A stretch of DNA of 64,000 bases from Vicugna vicugna (taxonomy: Eukaryota), in contig MU058337.1 in assembly GCA_013265495.1 (NCBI GenBank), positions 4,940,716 to 5,004,715 on the forward strand, read 5' to 3'. The notes below the pieces were generated by a model, which was given only the letters and a program-made list of their open reading frames with translations, made no database searches and was not told where the DNA came from. This document shows, in pieces, positions 39,531 to 52,900 of the stretch (positions are counted from its first letter, which is position 1; every line of letters starts with the position of its first letter). A program made the position numbers and the translations under genes.

Positions 39531-40852
39531 TTCCATGCGCCAGACATTTTTCATAATATGGTCTGGCACTTGTGCTAACAAGAGGTTATAAACACGAGAT
39601 GTTGTAAGAAAAATCTTTAGGGAATTGTAACCTAGGGAAGAAACTTGATTCAGTTATTAAGAATTATAATTTGAAACATAATCTGCTTTCCTTGGAGATT
39701 CTTAAATAAAAAAATTAAAATTGTAGAAAATGATCGGAAAAAACGGAAAAAGTTTGATATTATATGCTGGGCGTTTAATAATCTTAAAATGTATTACATG
39801 TGACATTTGAGCTTAAATTTTTAAAGCTGACATGGTTAACCCAACTAAGAAGTTTTGAACTAAATTGAAAAACTTTTTTAAAAGGAAAATGCCACTCAAG
39901 CTCAGATTTAAAGAAAAAGGTTAATAAATATTTAAGTCTGGGAAATGTGTCTGTTTTAAGCTCATGCCCACTTTTAAAACATCAGCTTAAACTAGTGTCT
40001 AATATGAGAACAATTTTGATACTTTATAGATTGAGAAGTTGGGCAGTAAAATATTCAACGAGAGTTCTGTTAAATGAAAGTCGCACTAGGGATTTGACGT
40101 GAGGTGTACAGTCCTCTGTTTGTATTTCAGAAGGTAACTCTCATAATCCCTTGCCATCCAAATAAAGATTTTAATTTGTCAGACAGTTCCACCTCAGGGG
40201 GACCAAAAAAACCCATCTTGACTGAGATGTAAATAATCACATTTCCAATGCAGAAGGCGCTTGTTCCTTGTGGAATCTCTTCTTCAATATGACAATAGTC
40301 ATTTCTTTTGTGGTCATAATGACTGTAGTATGTCACTTAAAGATGCGTCTCGAGAGATCTGATGACAGATGCAAACAGTTTGCTTGAAGGTAGAACGCAG
40401 GCTGCACAGTCACAAAACAGAAACTGACAAGTAAATAACTTTTTTAAAGAATGAGTTTGAAATGATGTTTAGGGAAAAAATGTATTTTGACCCACTATAA
40501 ACTATCTATAGAACAGTCAAGTTTCTTTTTTTCTTTTCCCAACAAACTCTGACTTTGAAAGACTAAGAAATCCTCTGTAGAAAGACAAGGTTTGAATGTA
40601 AATTCTGAACACTGAGGAAAAATTTCGAATGAAAGAAAAATATCATTCATCATTTGGGCAGAGATAAAGAATAGCTGAAGTCAGAATGTGTTTCTGATGT
40701 AAGAAAAGAAAGTGGGGGAGGGGAGAGGTGGAAGGAAAAGGGACTGATGATGAAACAACCGGTGAGGCCCAGGACCCTGGGCCTGAGGGTCAGTTCCTGT
40801 GTGATCACGTTATCATGTCCCAGGCTGCCTGGCTCTCAGCCTGCTCACCTCC

Positions 40853-40921
40853 AAAAAAAAAAAAAAAAAGAAAGGAAGGAAGGAAGGAAGGAAGGAAGGG
40901 AAAAAGAAAGAAAGAGGAAAA
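40853..40921. repeat. Poly-A plus (AAGG)n purine repeat
   Basis: A-run followed by gaaaggaaggaaggaaggaaggaaggaagggaaaaagaaagaaagagg. Confidence 0.92.
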
Positions 40922-41239
40922 TGTTTCTTGAATGTTTTAAGATAATTTGGGGGTTTGAATTTCTGGTTTAAATCTGGTTGATTTTTCTCAAGGATGGGGT
41001 TAAAAAATGTACATAAAATGTGTAGACTCATTTTTTGCTGTCTTATCACATTTATGGGAATATTATTTTTCATGGGGTTGCAAATGTTTCTATTACCCAG
41101 ATGCAGGCATCTGGACAGTGAGCTCTGGTGTTCTCCTAAAACTGGTATTTCGTCCAAGCCTCTGAACCAAGTGATACAAGTGGAGAGGAAGACAAACCCC
41201 TTTCCTATAGATTTTAAAAACGAATCAAGAAAGTGCACT

Positions 41240-41385
41240 GTGCTGTGTTGTGCAAATATCAAAGCTCCTAAGAATTACCTGGAAAGAAAGGAAAAATGCA
41301 AATGCCTTGGATCAACCTCTGGATATTTCATTTCAGTATGTCTGGTGGGAGGCCCAGGAATCTACAGTTTAGTAAGGAGCCCCTA
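41240..41385. mobile_element. MER5-like fragment
   Basis: agaattacctggaa...aaaaatgcaaatgccttgg...tttcagtatgtctggtgggaggcccaggaatctacagttt. Confidence 0.6.
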
Positions 41386-42810
41386 CCTCCCTCACTCACC
41401 CACTGGCGGGTCATTCCAAAGCCAGTAGCCCAACAATCAACAAACACCCAACAAGCATCGTTTCAGTGGCTGGTGGGGGAGGTGATGGTAGCCTTAGACC
41501 AAAGTGGTGAGAGTAGAGTTGGGGAGAATTGGGAGGCAGACTGCCCAGGCACAGAAACCGACATTGAGTAAAATTAAATATTTGGTTTTCCTAACTTCAT
41601 CTGCTACTAAGTTGAACTTTGCAGAGATTTGGAGCAGTTCTGCACTCCTGCTTACTGAAGCAGCAGCTCGGGCTCTGGGACACTTGGACACTGATACCCC
41701 TTTATCCTAACGTCACTTCACCCAGCTATCAATGCACATTGAATGTATGGGGTGGGGTGTATGTGTGTGAAATATTCTTTAATTAAGGAAAAGAAAAGCT
41801 AAATGCTGTATAGTCTGCAAAAAGCATTTTCAAGGACCTCAAAGTCTTATCTACCTTGCATGAGACAGGTTTCTGATACTATAGTCGTATCTTTCAGAAA
41901 GATTTTCATGAACCTCTTTTACAAAGGTGGTTCCACTGTCCCTCGTCTGTGCCAGCAAGCATCTCTTAATTACGTGTCTTTGTGTTTCTGTCTGTCCTCA
42001 ACCTTCCAAGAACACCCAGACGGGAAAGTCTCAGAGCTCCCTGCCTCCTACCATCAGTGGTACATCTTTCTTCGAGTCCACAGCTCTAGCAAAACAGGAT
42101 GGAACAATGTGTTTTCCTCTTGATATTTGCTCCTCTGTTCATTGCTCAAGTTTGGGCCTAGAGATGGAACTGCTTTGATATTTCACAGTGTGGTGTCTGC
42201 TTTCCTTCAGGCTCTTTCTGTTCTTCCCTGGAAATTACTCATCCAAAGGCACACACACTCACTCACCTGTATTTCCGCGCCCATGGAGTATTATGGGAGA
42301 TCTTTGCACATCCCTGAAACCCATCCTGTCTCTGAATAACATCTGTGGACATCCAACCTCAGGAAACTGTGCACTGTTCATCTCAGTGCTGGTAGGGTGA
42401 GCCATGCCTGCCAGTGTTTTTTTTTTTTTCTTTAGGTACCAGGCAGTGCCTGGGACTAATCAGGTAATCGGAGCTATAGTGACTGTCACTGGCCATCAAT
42501 ATGCATTGCAGGTGAGCCAAAGGCCTCAGCAGCATCCGAGGACGCTCCTCCTGGGGACTGGCCATTTGCTCTCTGATGTGACCCCAGGGAGCAGAGGGGC
42601 AAAACTATAACCAAGCAGGTTTCTATCAATCTGATTATCAGACGTGCTCCTTTTAGAATGGAAATTCTCCCATCTTTCATCCTTCATCTCTCTGAATGGG
42701 TCAGTTTCTTTATTAAAAAAGCATATTAAATTTGAGATGATTGTTAATGTCTTTGTTATGACTCTGTATGCATCTGTTCTGCACAAACAGTATCTAACTC
42801 ATTTTGAGAA

Positions 42811-42891
42811 TGTGTATATATATATGTATATATATATAGAGAGAGAGAGAGACACACATACATAACATATATAAAATGTGTGTGTGTATAT
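42811..42891. repeat. Compound (TA)n(GA)n(CA)n(TG)n repeat
   Basis: tgtgtatatatatatgtatatatatatagagagagagagagacacacat... Confidence 0.85.
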
Positions 42892-44094
42892 AATTTGTGT
42901 GTGGATCACTGGAATTACACATTACACCTAAATTATATACATATTTATTCACATGATTATACTTCTGATCAGAGTGTCCCTATTTCTCTTTATGAAATGT
43001 CAAATAATAGTTTTAAAATTAACACCTACTCTAAAACTTTACTTAGTATGTGTAATATACATTTCTTTTTCATTAAGTTTTCCTATAGTCACCTCCGTAT
43101 TATGACTCAGTTGGATGTGTTATCCAGGCTAAAAATGGCTTTATCCTTTCTCAGTACTTTGGCTAAGATAAGTTCTAGTAATAAGGAAGTGAACATGGTA
43201 CTTCAGTTAATTTCCCGCCAGCATTCCCATGACCCTGAATTCTGATGCACAGAATATGATTGGTTATGACAAAGGCAAGAAAGCCATCATTCTACTTAAT
43301 TCATTCACCAGAAAGGGAAAAAAAAAGGGAAACAAATGCAAATGGTAGACTATGTGTAACTAATTTTAAGGAGTCTTTGGACAAAAGGAAAATATGAAAC
43401 ATCCCATTCATTTATTGTTAGGTTGATAGTAGGCAATAAAAATCAATAAATGGACTTCTGGGCTGTCCGAGTTTCAGTGCCGTTTTATGGAATATGAAGG
43501 AAGGAACTGGAATTGAGATGAAAAAGATACCAACAGCTTAAGAGGAAGAAGAGGGAAAAAAGAGAAATGGAGAGGAGATAATAAGTCAGCAGTAGGAAGA
43601 GGCATTAGGCCGCACTGGAGGAGGGGGAGAAAAGAAAGAGAAAGAAGAGAGGCTGGGGGGAGGAGACGGGCAAGGGAGCAAAACGGGGAAGACACAACAC
43701 AGGAGACGCGAGAGGGCGGGCCGTGGCTTGCCTCTCTCCATCACGTTCCCAGAATCCACCTGACTCCTGGCTCCAGCCTCCTGTTATGGGTTGGAGAAAA
43801 CAAAACCCTCCCTCTAGAAGCACAGGCTGGAGTTTCCAACCACACCTGAAGTAATTTTCCTCCTGTCTCCCCATAACCACTTTCACCTCTTTCCCCTCCC
43901 GCCAGCCTTGTCTTCCAGAACGGCAGCCGTGCCTGGGTCACGTTATTCTGCAAACGAGGAAGCACTGCCGCTTCATCTTTCCATACTTCCGTACTAAGTC
44001 CCAAAGGATTAGACCTGCAGCAGTAAGAATGGTGGCGAGAGACACGTGGCAACATGAGGGCCACTGCAATAGCCCAGGGGAGGGGTGCTGAGTG

Positions 44095-44360
44095 TGTTCA
44101 GTGGGACATTATCGCCCTTAAAAAATCCTGCCATTTGCAACAAGGATGAACCTAGAGGGTGTTATATTCAGTAGAATAAGCCAGACACATAAAGGAAAAA
44201 ACTGCATGAGCTTACAGGTAGAATCTAAACAAGTTGAATACAGAGAAGTGGAGTCTTGAGCAGTGGTTGCCAGGCAGGAAAGTAGGAGAATGGGGGAATG
44301 AAAAAAAAAGAAGGAAAAAAGGAGAGGAAATTAAATAGGGCTTGTAAACTACAAGCATTT
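44095..44360 (+). mobile_element. L1MA/MB-like ORF2 end / 3'UTR fragment (sense)
   Basis: aaatcctgccatttgcaacaaggatgaacctagagggtgttatattcagtagaataagccagacac...cagtggttgccagg. Confidence 0.8.
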
Positions 44361-44376
44361 GTTTTGCCTGGACAGC

Positions 44377-44439
44377 GTGTGTGTGTGTGTGTGTATGTGT
44401 GTGTGTGTGTGCGCGCGCGCGCGCTTGCGCGTCACACAC

Positions 44440-44488
<49 letters not shown>
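44377..44488. repeat. Compound (GT)n(GC)n(CA)n(C)48 repeat
   Basis: GT run 44377-44410, GC run 44411-44424, short CA run, then poly-C 44441-44488. Confidence 0.95.
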
Positions 44489-45307
44489 AGCGCCGCTCCC
44501 CCCCACCGTGATCTGAATGCCTTTAGGTGGGGCAAGCACTCTATAGTCTACAGTTTGGCAACAATTACAACTACTGCTTAATTGTGTAAAGGAAAACACT
44601 ACACACACGATAACTTTATTCCTACACACACGTTAAATTTGTTTCCCCACCTAGAGACACTGGCACTGGCAACCCCTGAATTAAGGAACTGGAAAGGGTG
44701 AGAGAAATTTGGAAGTGTTTTTTGAGGAGTTAGAGAGAAACTCAGTTGTGTGGGTGTAGGAGGTGACAGAATCCTGGTTCACCCTGGTATGACTAACTCA
44801 GAACCTGGGCTGTGATGCTTTCCAGGGAGAAAACAAAACCTGGAAGGAAGAGGGGGCTTGGGTGGAGGAGATGCTGCATTCCGTTTGGGACCCAGGATAT
44901 CGAGGTGGATTATCAACCCACCAAATGAGTGCTGGATGATGACCAAACTCTTTTATCCCCGAAGAATCGTGTCTAAGGGCTGTGTTAGTGTGAAGACAGA
45001 GAAAGAATTGTTCTTTGATGGATAGTGATTGTTTTCCTTTTCTTCCTGTCAGACAGAGATGAAGAGAAGAGGTCAACAGCATCTGCACAGGAGAAGATAG
45101 ATATTATACATTATAAAATAGCGTGACTTCTTGAAAAAGCTTTCTAGTATATTTTGCTTGATTTCTAAGTATACAGAATCAATAGAGGCAGTTTTAAACA
45201 CTGGATAATAGAGCAAAGGACTAGCTGAGTTAAATTCATAACTTGTGCCTTTATAAAAAATTATGCTTATAATATAGGAACAAAGTATCAGACCTTCAGA
45301 TATTCTT

Positions 45308-45490
45308 ATAGTGGTTCACAATCCTCAACATTCATCCATATGACTCACTGTAAATATCCAGATCCCAGAACATTAACCTAAAAGGTTCTGATTCAGTAAG
45401 TTGCACATGCCTCAGAATCAGAATTTTAAATGTGTGTTCCAAGCATGTCTAGCACAGGTGCCTAGAAGAGCATCCCTTGATAAACAAGGG
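45308..45490. mobile_element. MER5-like fragment
   Basis: tagtggttcacaatcct...ggttctgattcagtaagttg...cctcagaatcagaattttaa...ttgataaaca. Confidence 0.55.
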
Positions 45491-46827
45491 TCTGTGTCTG
45501 CATCACTGTCCCTGGAGATGACATGATTTTATTCTTACCATTGCTTTCTTCTTCTTCTCCTCCTCCTCTGCCCTCTCCCCCTCCCCCCTTCTTCTTCTTT
45601 GTATTATTAGTATTAGTATTTACAAATTCATGGACCAGTTCAAGCCCTCGGGAAGTAAGTAGAATGACATGACCTTAAGTAATGCTCACCTTCCCCACTG
45701 ACCAGATGAGCTGGCCTTTGAGGAGGTGAATGGAGAAAAGTCCTGCTGCGATCATGCCACTCAATCTGGAAAGACTAGGACAAGAAATTCCTGGAAAGAA
45801 CAGGACAAGAAATGTGTCCTTGAACATCAAGATAATATAGGGAGAGACAAACTTTTGCTGAGCCTTGAGAAAATAAAATAAGAGAAATAGAAACAAAGTA
45901 AAATACTAATTTTCAGGCTAGTGACAGCTAGTTTGCAGTCCTGAGAAAGAGGTATTCTGTATCATGGAAAGCTCAGAGATTCTCCCCAAGCCTGGGGCCA
46001 GCGGGCACCTGCTGACCTGAAGGGCTGGTTCAGGACAGAGACATCCTGACAGAGCTGGTTTCCAATGACAGCAAATCTGGGTTGCTTCAGAAGTGAGATC
46101 TTTTTAGATTTTTTTTAAAAGTTACTGATGAAATAAATATATCTATATTTAATAAATTGTTTATTTTTCCTAAGCCTCTGTTTCTTCTGAGACAAGTTTG
46201 TTTTCCTCTAAGCAGGGCCTTCCCACACAAGTCCCATTTCTGGAAGAAAGGAGGCCTGCTTCTGCCCTAGGTGAACGCCAGGTCCCTGGTGCTAGGCCCA
46301 CGTTTGGGCTTCTTTTCCAGGTCCTGTGTAGAGAGTGGGCTGATCCCATTAAGGCCCATCATTATACAGATTTCTTAACTGAACCAAAACCCCTCTACCT
46401 CACAGAAATGAAATACATATGACTGATCACAAAAGAGTGTGTGAGAAATAAGTGGAAGATCATTTCTGTTCAATGTAATTACTCAGCACTTAAATATAGA
46501 CTGAAGAGTCAACACTCGGTGGAGATGTGTGTAATCATGAATTCACTTATTCTCTCCATTCAGCCAACATTTCTGTAGCCTTTCACTGACAGCTATTGTG
46601 CTGTATGTGCTGGGGCTTCAAAGATACGTGCAAGATTCAGCCCCCTTAAAGTCCAATAGACACGAGAAAATCATTCAGAGAAAATACTGACTAGTCATAT
46701 GGATAAAGGAGTCTAAGAAAGGTTCTTTTATCTTTTCTCAGCGTCTATTTTTCTGACTATATTTGTACATTTCCTATCACACCTTGGACAGCGATGGGCA
46801 TGTAGGAAGTCTTCGATCTGTAGTTCT

Positions 46828-46983
46828 TTTTTTATTATTATCATCATTTTATTTTTTGTTGAGAGGGAAGGTATTCAGGTTTATTTATTTATTTATTTTT
46901 AGAGGAGGTACCGGGGATTGAACCCAGGACCGCATGCATGCTAAGCATGCGCTCTACCGCTTGAGCCAAACGCTCCCCACCAG
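46828..46983 (-). mobile_element. Camelid vic-1-type tRNA-derived SINE
   Basis: Reverse complement reads GGGGAGCGTTTGGCTCAAGCGGTAGAGCGCATGCTTAGCATGCATGCGGTCCTGGGTTCAATCCCCGGTACCTCC plus tail. TSD tctgtagttct (46817-46827) / tctgcagttct (46984-46994). Confidence 0.9.
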
Positions 46984-49900
46984 TCTGCAGTTCTTGATTG
47001 ATTATTGTTAAGGTGGAATCAGTTTCACCAGCAAAATTTATGAATTTATTCCTTGAGTGCCTTCCTTGTTCGTGATGTTCATTATGCATGCCACTTATCT
47101 TTTTACCCATGAAAAACATTAAGCATCAGCAAAGAAGATATGAGTCTGTTCATTTCTCAAGTTAGACTTGCAGAAAAGCACTTATTTACACATTTCCTTT
47201 CCTGAAAGGGCATGATAAACTCAGAGAGGCAGAACTCGGATCTGCAATGTTTGATGCTAACGTGGTCATGTTTGCATTACCGAGGTGAGTGGTAAGCTGT
47301 CTTCACCTTAAAAAAGCATCTCAGGGCAAAAATGTAAACCCCGATTTCTTGTCAATGTTGCCACCACTTGAACTTTTAACAATTTAAAGCAAGAGCATGA
47401 ATGATGATCATTAAGGAAAGGACTGTTATTTCTATATGTTCTTAAATGATATAGTTGTATTGTCAAAGAAAAAATATCACAGTTTGAAATTTTATCCTAG
47501 TTTTCTCTAGAGTGACAACTGTAAAATACAGACATAAATTTATGTTAGATCTGAATGTTTCCTTTTTTTTTTTACAAATCTATATTTCTAGAGGATGAAT
47601 GGTAGATGGTAGGTGGTGAAGGAATTTTTATATGTAAGGACATTCAAAGACTACCTGAAAAATTGAGTCCTAAATAAATAGATAATATTTGAGAATGAAC
47701 TATCTCTTTGTTTTCATTCTCCACACCATGAAAAAAAATGCATAAAAAACTACGTAAATGCTAAAAAGGCCAATAGTCCATTAAAATGAAGGACAAATCA
47801 GCTTTAACACTAAAGCAACAATTAATAGCTACTAAAATTTGGGACAAAATTATGCTTTCTTAAAAATTGTTTGCATATGTGGGAGGCCCCATTATTGTAA
47901 TTGTATATATGTACACCATCCACCCAAGTGGAGCTGATGGATTTTGTTTCTGCTTACACATTTTACTTTTAGAGAATTCTTCTCCCTATTTCTGGGAATG
48001 GAGTTGCGTGTAAGCTATGAGTTCATGGTGGGCTCTGAGTAAACATTGGGTATCTCTCTCAGTTTCCTGAGTGTAGCTCATTTCTTAGTAATTTATATTC
48101 TATTTCTTAGTCACTTGGGAATAAACAAGAAAAATAATTTTAAAAATAATTCATAAAAATATGACTCTTATTCTTTTCCAGAAAAACTAATATAACAACC
48201 ATTATTGGAAAACCAAATTGGCTATTTTTCTTCATATCATTTACTAAAATTGGCAAAATTATTCCTTTTGTGATCATTTTCCTTGTTTCCTTCTCTTTAT
48301 GCCATGTGTTTCCACTGATTTTAGAGCTGCAGTGTTATTGAAAGAATGATGACCATTTATTTGGCTAAAAATGTTGGTCACATTTTCTTTCTGATATTAC
48401 CCATCAATCAGTATTGGTCCAAAACATGCTAGAACCTAAAGAAATAATGATAAAAAAAAGACAGACATGACCCCTATCCCCATGGAACTTACAGTTTCTA
48501 TATATATGAACTCCATATACAGTGCATTTTAACTTTGAATTATTTCTCTACATCATGGAAGGGTGTTTTGTGCTACTTAGGGTTACACTGAATGTTGGTT
48601 GTTTGTCTTAAGGTAATGTATTCAATTTCGAATGCAGGTTCATGGAAAGGTACATACTGTACTTCTGAATAAGGACATGGTAGAGCTCTTGAGAGTGTAT
48701 TTAGAGTTAGATATTGGTTTTAAGATCTGACAACTATACAAAATGAAGAGAGATGAGTCACTGGTTAATAGGTACATCCCAACCCATGCAAAGGCTTCAT
48801 AATTGGTTGTTATCTGATGTCCCAATAGAGAGAGAGACTGGATGGGAACAAGATATTTTTGTGAGGCTTTAGAATTGCTGCATCTATGACAAGGTGGGGA
48901 TACTTTACTTGGCTATTAGCCCTGGATCCAGACCACTATTTAGCAGAAGTAGTTATGTGGACAAACAGGAAACATTATTCTACTCACGCTTGTACAAATA
49001 GGACCTAGAGGTACTAGGCTGACACATGGTGGATATTGGTTTACGTCAGGAGACGAGCTTTTACCCATGGCATGTAAGAAGTTAGCTGTGAATGCCCTTC
49101 ACAGGGGCCTAGTGACAAATGGCTGATCTTCAATGACTCCCCATTAATGTCAGCTTCTCCAGTTAACTCACTGGTGTCTCAGCTCTGAACCCTTTATAAT
49201 ACTGTTTCAGTCTCTAAACCTTAAACTGAGGGCAGAAGCGATCCAGAGCCTCGTCATGGCAAAGTATTTTCCACAGTGAGCGAATCTCTGTTATGGTTCA
49301 AGTGTGTTGGCTTTCTGAGCTGTGCTTGAGAAACAGCTTTGAAGAAGTCAATATCTTTCTTGCTTAAAATAAGGAAGAGTAAAATTCTGACAGTAGGATA
49401 TACCACCATAAGAGCTGCATATTTACTGTGGTATGAGAAACAGCGGTTTTGATTAGAGGGCACGTTAGATGCTCACAATGCAGCGATGCAGATTCATTTG
49501 CGAGCACTTGCTCTGCTGTCAACACTTATTACTCATTATTTTTGCTATTGCGTTAAATGGGAAAATGATGGTAAAGGGTTACGGAACTACAGAGAAAATA
49601 ATGGCGTCTGCAGCATTATTAATTATTTAAATATTGCCATTTAACATTTTGCTTTCTATCCTATAATCATCAATAGAAGCAATGGGAAGTTTTTTTTTGT
49701 TTTTGTATTAAGAACTTGCCATTTAGATAACTCTACCTATCATTTCATGGCAGCCAGTATGCCTAACTCCTCTATTGCTTTTATTCCAATTTCGATTAGA
49801 ATTCTATATTTCTAGCAATATTAGCAACAGAAAAATCAATAATAAAAATGTTCAAAAGTCCTCTAGACAACTTTTACCTAGAGATGAGGCAAGAGGCATT

Positions 49901-52900
49901 CTCTTAATGTCCATGGAGAAATAAAATCTAATGTGAAATATCATACTAAAATAAAGGAGGAAATTATTAAGAGATTGTTCCACAGGGGCCGCAAATGTGT
50001 TAACTGTTTTTCTAATGCAGTTTGAGTCTTTTGAAAGACTGTTATATAGACTTAGCAAAGCCAAATGTATACCCAGGAGAAATAGCAGTGAGCCTTTATT
50101 TAATTTAAAATTACATTGCAAGAGAGGGCTTACACATTGAAATGGGTAGACAGGAGAATTGCCTTGGGCAATATAGTTCCCTTGTGTTTATCTTAAAAAA
50201 ATCAAATAACACCTTGTAGGAATCTGAATGCAGACAAAGTTCTTATTAATTTTTATGCATTATTCATGCAATAACAATGACCAAAAAAGGGGAAAAGAAA
50301 CCGTGTCAGCAATATGTGATTGTTTCAAAGCACGAGGTGTTCAGTCATACTTCAGTTCTCTGAGCCACAAAGCTAGTCCTGATTTTATTTTATTCCTGAT
50401 GATCAGTCTTTGGGACCAATTAGACATTCCTCAGACTCATTAAACCATTGACTACCAGGACCAAAATATCCAGTTACTTAGTTTTTTAATGTGAATAATA
50501 ACTTCATTAGATAGTATGTTCCTAATACGACTAGGGAAAACTATGAAACGTGTATATTGTGGTACTTAATTTCAATTATCTAGTCTTCCAATCATTTGCT
50601 TAACGAGAGACTTGCCCAGGGGTTTGCTGAAGCAGTGACTACCTGGCAAATTACCTTGTACTGATCGATCCGATCGCAGCATGTTAAGGTTACCTGAACC
50701 AGTCTACTCAGTACTTAATTGTACTTTCTGTCGGTGTTCTACCTGGAAGCATCTGTGCTTTAAAATAATTTTTCACTCTGGAAAAATGTGGTAGAATTGC
50801 ATTATCGGGTCCTTGAGGTGATTTTGCGTTTGAGGCGGTGACGGTGAGAAACAAGATAAAGATATAGAAACCAAAAGCCCTAGTTCTGTGACCGTAAACC
50901 CGGCAGAGCCCCAGAGTCGGTTTTAATGTATTGATGAACTAATCTTGTTAATTCCACTTCAAAGTGAGGTTTTCAAGGGTAATTCAATGACCTGAAGGGG
51001 TGACTGCATAATAGTCAAGTATGTTACCACTGGGGAAAGTAGAATTCTTGTACTGAGCACACTGTGTGGTGTGGGTGTGTTTGTGCGTGATTGTTCTGTA
51101 ACCATAAACTACTAAGACACTCTTCCCACACAATGAAAAGGATACACAGATGGAAATTAGTATATGATATGTAAATGTGGGTATTTTCTCTCAGTTACCA
51201 TTTAGGCATTTTTCTGAATACTCATTGTGAAGTACAATGAGCGTAAAATCCACCTTGAGGGATCTTGCTTAGGATTTATAACTCACAACTACAGTTCATT
51301 TTAATTCTTCTAAGGCAAATGCCTTCTATAGTTCATTTCTTCAATGCATAACAGAGTGGGATTGGTAGATGGGCGTGTATAACCGGAGGAGAAGATACCC
51401 AGCTCAGAAGACTCACTGACGGCTGGCCGTCAGCTCTAATTGAAGCACTGGGGCCCTACGGGTGACCTTGAGAATTCTGAATGCCTTTTTATAACATGAT
51501 GATGACATTTGAAATACTTTCCAAGAAGTAGATGGGACACTCAATCATGTTTTCTTTAATCTTTAGATACTGTGGTCATGTTCTGGCAGAATGACGGTAG
51601 TTACTTACCTAAGGTCAGCAGACGTCGCCGTGCCTATCACAGACACACGGAGAGCGAGGCAGCACTCCCCAGCTGTGCGGTTGGCCCAGTGGGCACCGTG
51701 CCAGCAGCGGGTTCTCTCCGACACTCTTCTGCCACAGCTCCCTGTGCCTGAAACACTAGGTTAGCAGGGAACAAGGGGGTGCATTCCTCTTCTCTGCTTA
51801 TCCGGCCTGGGAACTCTCTTCAGAATTTCAAAAAGACTAAAATTATGATGTCTGCAAAGAGCATTTACGTTTATCCACAAGTGGGTATACATCCTTGTAA
51901 TCTCCATTAGAGTAAGGATGACATTTAAATACACGGCTCTTCAGAATAGTGTTCAGTCTAAATACTTGGAAGCAATCTACTGGTTTTCTAAGTCTCATAA
52001 TGTCTAATGTGTGTTAAAGAGAAATAAAATAACCTTACTTGGGTAGTTTTCCGATTCTGAAAGTAACAAGCCTATAGGAAACAAAATGTGGAGATTTGAG
52101 GTGAAAATCTTTTTTTTCTTTCTCTCTTTTCTTCTCTCTCTCTTTTTAAGACTTGTAACTCGGTTCCCGTCATTGGTAGGCCTCAGGGTTTCTTTATCTC
52201 ATGGCTATGACCAGTGCTACTATCTTTCTCTTAAGGTCAAATTGCTTTCACTGTGTCACAGAAATGACCTAGAAACAATTTCAAGAAAGTGGATCCATAA
52301 AATAACGTTCCATGTCACCTTTTTATGTTCTGAAACTAGATAAAAACGTCCATATAATATAAGTAAATGCATAATTAAACTACACAGTTTACATATGATT
52401 CTAAGGGGAACTTGATTTTGAAATTTATTTACTTGAAAACTAAATTTATTCATTCTGTGGGTTTTACGGTTTTTAAACACAGAATATAACTTCATTTTGA
52501 TGATTATTTCAGTAAAACTTTTATTTCAACTTGCAGTAATGTGTGTCCTATGTCATACTTTAAGAGCGCCATTCTATCACCTTATTTGGAAAAGACAAAT
52601 TTATTTTCCTGAAAAGATACATGTTTTTTTTTTTATCACATTGATGATTTTGAAAATATGATTTATTTAATTGTGATACATTTCTGGGTCTCCTAGCAGT
52701 GGTCATCTGCTAGAAGTTAACCATATTTCTATTCATATTTGTGTATGAGAAATAACAATATTCCAAGGGAAATACTAGCATTCAAGCTGTTGATATGTAT
52801 ATATTAAGAGAAAAGTATTTCATGTACATTTAGCTGTAAGGTTGGTTTCAGTATATTTTCCATTTAACATTTGTAATTCTGTCATAATGAAGAAATATAT

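Noticed and set aside
44212..44629. Poly-Gly, poly-Pro, CV and HT repeat ORFs
   Set aside because: These are translations of the microsatellite and poly-C tract; the same applies to ORFs over the (CA)n repeats at 861, 16331 and 38023.
46775..46795. Partial REST/RE1-like motif (cacc tt ggacagcg)
   Set aside because: The left half-site TCAG is missing, so the match is too weak to call.
50655..50680. gatcgatccgatcg repeated GATC motif
   Set aside because: Too short, with no ncRNA boxes or structure around it.
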